Shown here one piece after another: positions 59,801-64,000 of a stretch of DNA of 64,000 nt. How positions within the stretch are numbered: position 1 is the stretch's first letter; every line of letters begins with the position of its first letter. A model generated the notes under the pieces. That model did not search any database and had not been told where the DNA came from. It saw only the letters and a list, made by a program, of their open reading frames with translations. The stretch is from Acidobacteriota bacterium. Lineage in GTDB: Bacteria; Acidobacteriota; Thermoanaerobaculia; Multivoradales; JAHEKO01. The stretch is from positions 5,904 through 69,903 of the forward strand of contig JAOTWP010000003.1 of NCBI GenBank assembly GCA_029862975.1, read 5' to 3'. A program made the translations under genes and the position numbers.

Positions 59801-60077
59801 GGTGCGCCCGGGAGACGGGTCGAGCCCCTCGCGGTCTCGGCGATCGGCTGCCTGGCTCATTTCTTCTTGCAATTTGGCGGGCGCCCGTGCCAGACTTCTG
59901 CCATCGCGGCGCAGTGCCGCGGGGCCAGCCAGGATCCGCCACCACCGATTCCCGCAACAGAAGAGAGTCTGGGAGCATAAGGTCAAGCTGAGCCGTGGAG
60001 TAGCGACGGGGCGAGCGCCGCGTCATGACAGGGCGCTTTCGAGCGCCGGGCGTTACCAAGAAGGAGTTTCGAGCATC

Positions 60078-60284
60078 ATGGCAAAAGAAGGCACCGTAAA
60101 GTGGTTCAACGAGTCGAAGGGCTACGGCTTCATCTCCCAAGAGAACGGCTCGGACGTGTTCGTCCACTATTCCGCCATCCAGGGTGAGGGGTTCCGTACC
60201 CTCAACGAGGGAGACCGCGTCACCTTCGAGATCGGCGACGGCCCGAAGGGTCCGCACGCGATCGACGTCCGTCCCGTCCAGTAG
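60078..60284 (+). CDS. cspA: cold-shock protein (CspA family)
   Basis: [15 protein letters not shown] (RNP1) and VFVHYSAI (RNP2). AAGGAG RBS. There is a ~270-nt upstream untranslated region. Confidence 0.93.
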   Translation: MAKEGTVKWFNESKGYGFISQENGSDVFVHYSAIQGEGFRTLNEGDRVTFEIGDGPKGPHAIDVRPVQ

Positions 60285-60309
60285 GCAGCTCGCCAAGCAG
60301 GTCTCTTCC

Positions 60310-60347
60310 ACGCCCCGCCGGTCCGACCGGTGGGGCGTTTGTCTTTG
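60310..60347 (+). terminator. rho-independent terminator of csp
   Basis: ACGCCCCGCCGG-TCCGA-CCGGTGGGGCGT followed by TTGTCTTTG. Confidence 0.8.
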
Positions 60348-60371
60348 CGTCCGAGCCCCGAGACCGAGCCC

Positions 60372-61865
60372 CTAGGGTCGCGAGGCCGGGCCGAGCTGGA
60401 GGGAGATGCGCTGGCCGTGGCCGGTCAGGGTGACGGTGCGCGGATCGATCGCGGTCACCTCGAGGCCGAGGACCTCGTCGCCGACCCCCAGCAACGAGCC
60501 GTTGAGCATGGCCGACGGCGCCGCCGCCGACCAGGCGATGCCGCCGAGCTCGATGAGACCGCCGCCGGGCAGGGCGACCTCGCCCACGTAGTACCAGGTC
60601 TCGGCGCCTGCCGAGTCCGCCGGCCAGACCACGGCCGGGCCCGTCGCGGGAGAGTCTCGAGGTGCCGCGTCCGCGGTCATCGCGGACCGGTCGGCCCCTG
60701 CGGAAGATTGCTCTTCCAGGTAAGAAGGGGCCGGGGCTCGGGCTGCCGACGTTGCCGACTCGGCCGGCTCACTGGCGATCCGAGTCGACGCCGGCTCCGC
60801 CGCGGCGGCGCGCCCGGGATCGGCGGGCGGACCCTCCGGGGCGGCTTTGAACGACCAACGGTAGTGGCCGACCACCGGCCAGCGCAGGAGGACGTCGCCG
60901 GCCTCGGGGGTGCCGGGGAACTCGCCGTCCGGCCGGTGATGGTGGACGACCAAGGGCTTGCCGGACGGCCCGATCTCGTCCGTGAGGATGCCGAGATGGC
61001 CGGCCGCTCCAGCCCCGTTCCGGTCCCAGAACACGATGTCGCCGGCAGCCCAGTCGCCGTCGGGACCGGTGGACAGCGAGGTGGCCCGGCGCTCGAAGAA
61101 CGTGACGAGATAGCGAATCCGCCGGTGGTCGATGCTGGGATCGGGCTCCTCGATCCCGTAGGCCGCCGGAGCGTCGAGGATGTCCCTCTGAACGGCCTCC
61201 TGGAGATCGACGCCCGCGTGGCGGAAAGCACGGACGACGACGTCGATGGCTGCGCCGCGGTCCGGCGGCAGATCGCCGCCCGGATAGGCGATCTCGAAAT
61301 AGGCTTGATCGTAGCGGGGGGACCTCTCGACCGACCGCAGAGCCCCCACGACGAGAAGGGGCTTCACCTCGGTCGTCGCGGGCACGGGCTCCGCCGGAGG
61401 CGGAGGCGGCGCCGGCTCGGGCAGGGTGGCGAGGGTCGCCTCCTCGACTGCTGCCGGTGAGTCCGACCCCGCTCGCGCGGCCCCTTCACCGAGCGCGGCC
61501 GGCTCGCTGGCGATCGGCCTCGACGTCGGCTCCTCTGAGGCACCGGGCTCGGGAGCCGTGGGTGGCTCCGCGTGACCTGCCGCACCTGGAGTCCTTACTC
61601 CCGGAAGCTCCCCACTCGGAAGCCCCTGGCTCGAGATCTCCCGACCCGCAGGCGCGGTGCTCGCGACCAGCTCGCCGCTCGTCGACCTCCAGAGCCAGAG
61701 GACGAGAGCCAGCCCGAGCACGGCAGCCGCGGCCCAGGCGACGGGCGCGAGGTGGAAGGAGCGGTCGCGCCGGGCCACCGGCGCCGGGGCCTCAACCCGT
61801 TCGCCCGCCTCGCGGCGCGCGGCCTCGGCGCGCGCCCGGTTGAGGGCGTCGTTGATGAGGCTCAA
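60372..61865 (-). CDS. GspB/ExeB-like membrane-anchored protein with an inserted DUF1287-like domain
   Basis: The TTG start overlaps the ExeA-like stop (CTTGA). (M)SLINDALNRA plus a TM. The central part is RYDQAYFEIAYPGGDLPPDRGAAIDVVVRAF...GDIVFW...HLGILTD (DUF1287-like). The C-terminal part NGSLLGVGDEVLGLEVTAIDPRTVTLTGHGQRISL is like the T2SS GspB C-terminus. Confidence 0.65.
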   Translation of the reverse strand: MSLINDALNRARAEAARREAGERVEAPAPVARRDRSFHLAPVAWAAAAVLGLALVLWLWRSTSGELVASTAPAGREISSQGLPSGELPGVRTPGAAGHAEPPTAPEPGASEEPTSRPIASEPAALGEGAARAGSDSPAAVEEATLATLPEPAPPPPPAEPVPATTEVKPLLVVGALRSVERSPRYDQAYFEIAYPGGDLPPDRGAAIDVVVRAFRHAGVDLQEAVQRDILDAPAAYGIEEPDPSIDHRRIRYLVTFFERRATSLSTGPDGDWAAGDIVFWDRNGAGAAGHLGILTDEIGPSGKPLVVHHHRPDGEFPGTPEAGDVLLRWPVVGHYRWSFKAAPEGPPADPGRAAAAEPASTRIASEPAESATSAARAPAPSYLEEQSSAGADRSAMTADAAPRDSPATGPAVVWPADSAGAETWYYVGEVALPGGGLIELGGIAWSAAAPSAMLNGSLLGVGDEVLGLEVTAIDPRTVTLTGHGQRISLQLGPASRP

Positions 61866-62671
61866 GCCACCTCTCCTTCGAGCTCGCGGATGGCGCGCCT
61901 CACGTGGCGCACTCCCAGCTCGTGGGTCTGGTAGACGTAGCCGCACAGGAGAGCCTTGTCGCAGACGGCGTTGATCAGCCGCGGGACGCCCCGCGAGTAG
62001 CTCTGGACGGTGCGCACGGCCCAGCGCGAGAAGAGCGGGGGGCGCGGCGAGCCGGCCACGTTGAGCCGGTGCTGGATGTAGTACGCCGTCTCGTCGAGCT
62101 TCAAGGGCCGCAGGTGATAGCGCACGGTGATCCGCTGCCGGAGCTGCTCGAGCCGCGCCAGCTTCGCGCGCAGCTCGGGCTGGCCGATGAGGACGATCTG
62201 GAGCAGCTTGCGCTGATCCGTCTCCAGATTCGAGAGCAGGCGGATCTGCTCGAGAGCGCCGAGGGTCAGGGCCTGCGCGTCGTCCACGATCAGGACCACG
62301 TCGCGGCCGGCCTCGAACTCGGCGAGCAGGAAGCGGTTGAGCCGCTCGAGGAGCGTCACCCGATCGGCGCCGTCGGCCGGCAGGCCGAGCTCGCGCAGGA
62401 TCGTGCGCAGCAGCTGGGTGTTGTTCATCTTCGGGTTGAGCACGAGGGCGGTGCGGTAGGCGGCGTCGTCGAGCTGCTTCAGGAGCGCCCGGCAGAGCGT
62501 CGTCTTGCCGGCGCCGATCTCGCCGGTGATCTGGATGAACCCCTTGCGCTCGCGCAGCCCGAACAGGAGGTGGTTGAACGCCTCCCGGTGCTGGGCGCTG
62601 AAGAAGAGGAAGCGCGGGTCGGGCGTGATGTTGAAGGGAGGCTCGAGAAAGCCGTAGAAGTCGTAGTACAA
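61862..62671 (-). CDS. ExeA-like AAA ATPase (no peptidoglycan-binding domain)
   Basis: Motifs: YYDFYGFLEPPFNITPDPRFLF, Walker A GEIGAGKTT, Walker B VLIVDDAQ, QIVLIGQPEL, GVPRLIN. Confidence 0.85.
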   Translation of the reverse strand: MYYDFYGFLEPPFNITPDPRFLFFSAQHREAFNHLLFGLRERKGFIQITGEIGAGKTTLCRALLKQLDDAAYRTALVLNPKMNNTQLLRTILRELGLPADGADRVTLLERLNRFLLAEFEAGRDVVLIVDDAQALTLGALEQIRLLSNLETDQRKLLQIVLIGQPELRAKLARLEQLRQRITVRYHLRPLKLDETAYYIQHRLNVAGSPRPPLFSRWAVRTVQSYSRGVPRLINAVCDKALLCGYVYQTHELGVRHVRRAIRELEGEVA

Positions 62672-62751
62672 GGTGCCTCGCGTGGAGTTCTTACGGCGCG
62701 GGAGGGGCTACAGTCTAGCAGTCGCGGCCGCCGGCCGCGGCAGTGAGCGCC

Positions 62752-64000
62752 CTAGAAGACGCCGACGGCGCGGCCGAAGACGGCGAGCATGGCCAGCGGC
62801 ACGACGTAGCGCAGCGCGATGAGCCAGCCGGCGTAGCCGCGGGCGAAGCGGCTGCCACTTGCGAACTGCTCCCGGCGCAGCGCGGCGGGCAGCCGCCAGG
62901 CCACGAAGAGGGCCATGCCCATGCCGCCGATCGGCAGGCTCCAGTTCGACGCGAGATCGGCGACGAGCTCGAACCAGCTGCGGCCCGCGAGCGATGCGAA
63001 CCGGGGACCGAAGAGGTCGGTGGCGCCGGAGAGCGCGCTGGGGATCGCGAGCGCCGAGATCGTCAGCCCGGAGATCCAGGTGGCGCGGCTGCGCGACCAA
63101 CCCTTCTCGTCGATGAAGTAGGCGGTGGCGACCTCCAGCATCGAGATGGAGCTCGTCAGCGCGGCTACGACCATCAGCGCGAAGAAGATCGTCGCCAGGA
63201 CGCCGCCCGCGGGCATCTGGGCGAAGGCGATGGGGACGCTCGTGAAGATGAGACCCGCCCCTTCGGCGGGCTCGATGCCGTAGCTGAAGGTGATCGGGAA
63301 GATCACCAGGCAGGCGAGGAGCGCGATCAGGGTGTCGAGGCCGGCGATCCCGACCGACATCAGCGGTACGTCGGCATCCCTGCGCAGATAGGAGCCGTAG
63401 GTGAGCAGACCGCCCATGCCGAGGCTCAGGGTGAAGAAGGAGTGGCCCATGGCCTCGATCACGCCGCCTCCGGTCAGCGAGTCGGCGTGGAGGCCGAAGA
63501 CGAAGCCGAAGGCGGGTCCGAAGCCGTCCATCGTCGTGGCCCGGGCGAGCAGCACGAGCAACAGGACGAGCAGGCCCGGCATCATGATGCGCGACCACCG
63601 CTCGAGCCCGTTCCTCACCCCGCGGCCGACGACCGCCATGGTGAGCGCCAGGAAGGCCAGCGTCCACACGAGGTTGAGCGGCACGCTGGTGTAGAGGCCG
63701 CCGAACAGCGCCTGGATCTCCTCCGGTGTGCGTCCGCCGAGGAGTCCGCGCAGGGAGAGCAGCGTGTAGTGGATCGTCCAGCCGGCGACGACGGAGTAGA
63801 AGGAGAGGATCAGGAAGGCGACGACGACGCCGAGGCCGCCGAGCGCCCGCCATGGCGTCCGCGGCCCGGCCAGGTTCTTGAACGCGCTGACCGTCGAGCG
63901 CTGCGCGGCGCGACCGATCATGATCTCGGCGATCATCACCGGCAGCCCGATGAGCAGGATGCAGGCGAGGTAGATGAGGACGAAGAGGCCGCCGCCGTTC
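62752..64000 (-). CDS. sodium-dependent transporter (NSS/SNF family), 5' end beyond the window
   Basis: The frame stays open to the window edge (…NGGGLFVLIYLACILLIGLPVMIAEIMIGR). Polytopic, with the motifs SLGMGGLLTYGSYL and the AALTSSIS region. Confidence 0.85.
   Translation of the reverse strand, partial: NGGGLFVLIYLACILLIGLPVMIAEIMIGRAAQRSTVSAFKNLAGPRTPWRALGGLGVVVAFLILSFYSVVAGWTIHYTLLSLRGLLGGRTPEEIQALFGGLYTSVPLNLVWTLAFLALTMAVVGRGVRNGLERWSRIMMPGLLVLLLVLLARATTMDGFGPAFGFVFGLHADSLTGGGVIEAMGHSFFTLSLGMGGLLTYGSYLRRDADVPLMSVGIAGLDTLIALLACLVIFPITFSYGIEPAEGAGLIFTSVPIAFAQMPAGGVLATIFFALMVVAALTSSISMLEVATAYFIDEKGWSRSRATWISGLTISALAIPSALSGATDLFGPRFASLAGRSWFELVADLASNWSLPIGGMGMALFVAWRLPAALRREQFASGSRFARGYAGWLIALRYVVPLAMLAVFGRAVGVF

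Overview
Very GC-rich bacterial chromosomal segment (about 70% by eye, not computed). It is gene-dense, with about 50 protein-coding genes. I found no rRNA, tRNA or CRISPR array. A GWxTD plus Acidobacteria-type VWFA protein and a CSLREA/choice-of-anchor-Q-like beta-helix protein suggest an Acidobacteriota-like host; that assignment is inference only. Layout: (1) 1-14.6 kb is a polysaccharide cluster. It holds an 8-gene minus-strand operon (wzm, wzt, GT2, GT4, WbaP/WcaJ-type phosphoglycosyl transferase, GT2, GT2, GT4), two further glycosyltransferases and a sulfotransferase with a long coiled-coil tail. (2) 14.7-18 kb has mobA-fdhD, a secreted beta-helix protein and osmC. (3) 18-22.8 kb has a repeat-rich intergenic region, a MrfA/YprA-type DExH helicase fused to a MrfB-like domain, and a secreted propeller-like repeat protein. 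(4) 22.9-26.8 kb has rocD, a PlsC-like acyltransferase, fabI and a CHAD protein. (5) 26.8-37.7 kb is a DNA-damage island in which imuA-imuB is separated from dnaE2 by an SRAP gene, a radical-SAM gene, a DUF885 gene and a membrane-protein gene. (6) 37.7-64 kb is housekeeping and envelope genes: gcvP, gdhA, an NhaP-type antiporter, HU, an FKBP isomerase, an MscS channel, an AGCS symporter, csp, an ExeA/GspB-like pair and an NSS transporter. The observations I consider most interesting are: a family of about 185-215 bp MITE-like elements with 30-bp terminal inverted repeats, one copy of which sits in frame inside dnaE2; a roughly 45-nt homologous upstream region shared by imuA and dnaE2; an almost identical non-hydrophobic C-terminal tail on two unrelated secreted proteins; a coiled-coil sulfotransferase in a Wzm/Wzt locus; and a signal-peptide ThiS-fold domain fused to an 8-strand outer-membrane barrel. 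All family assignments come from reading the translated ORFs; no database search was run. Coordinates of non-CDS features may be off by 1-2 nt.
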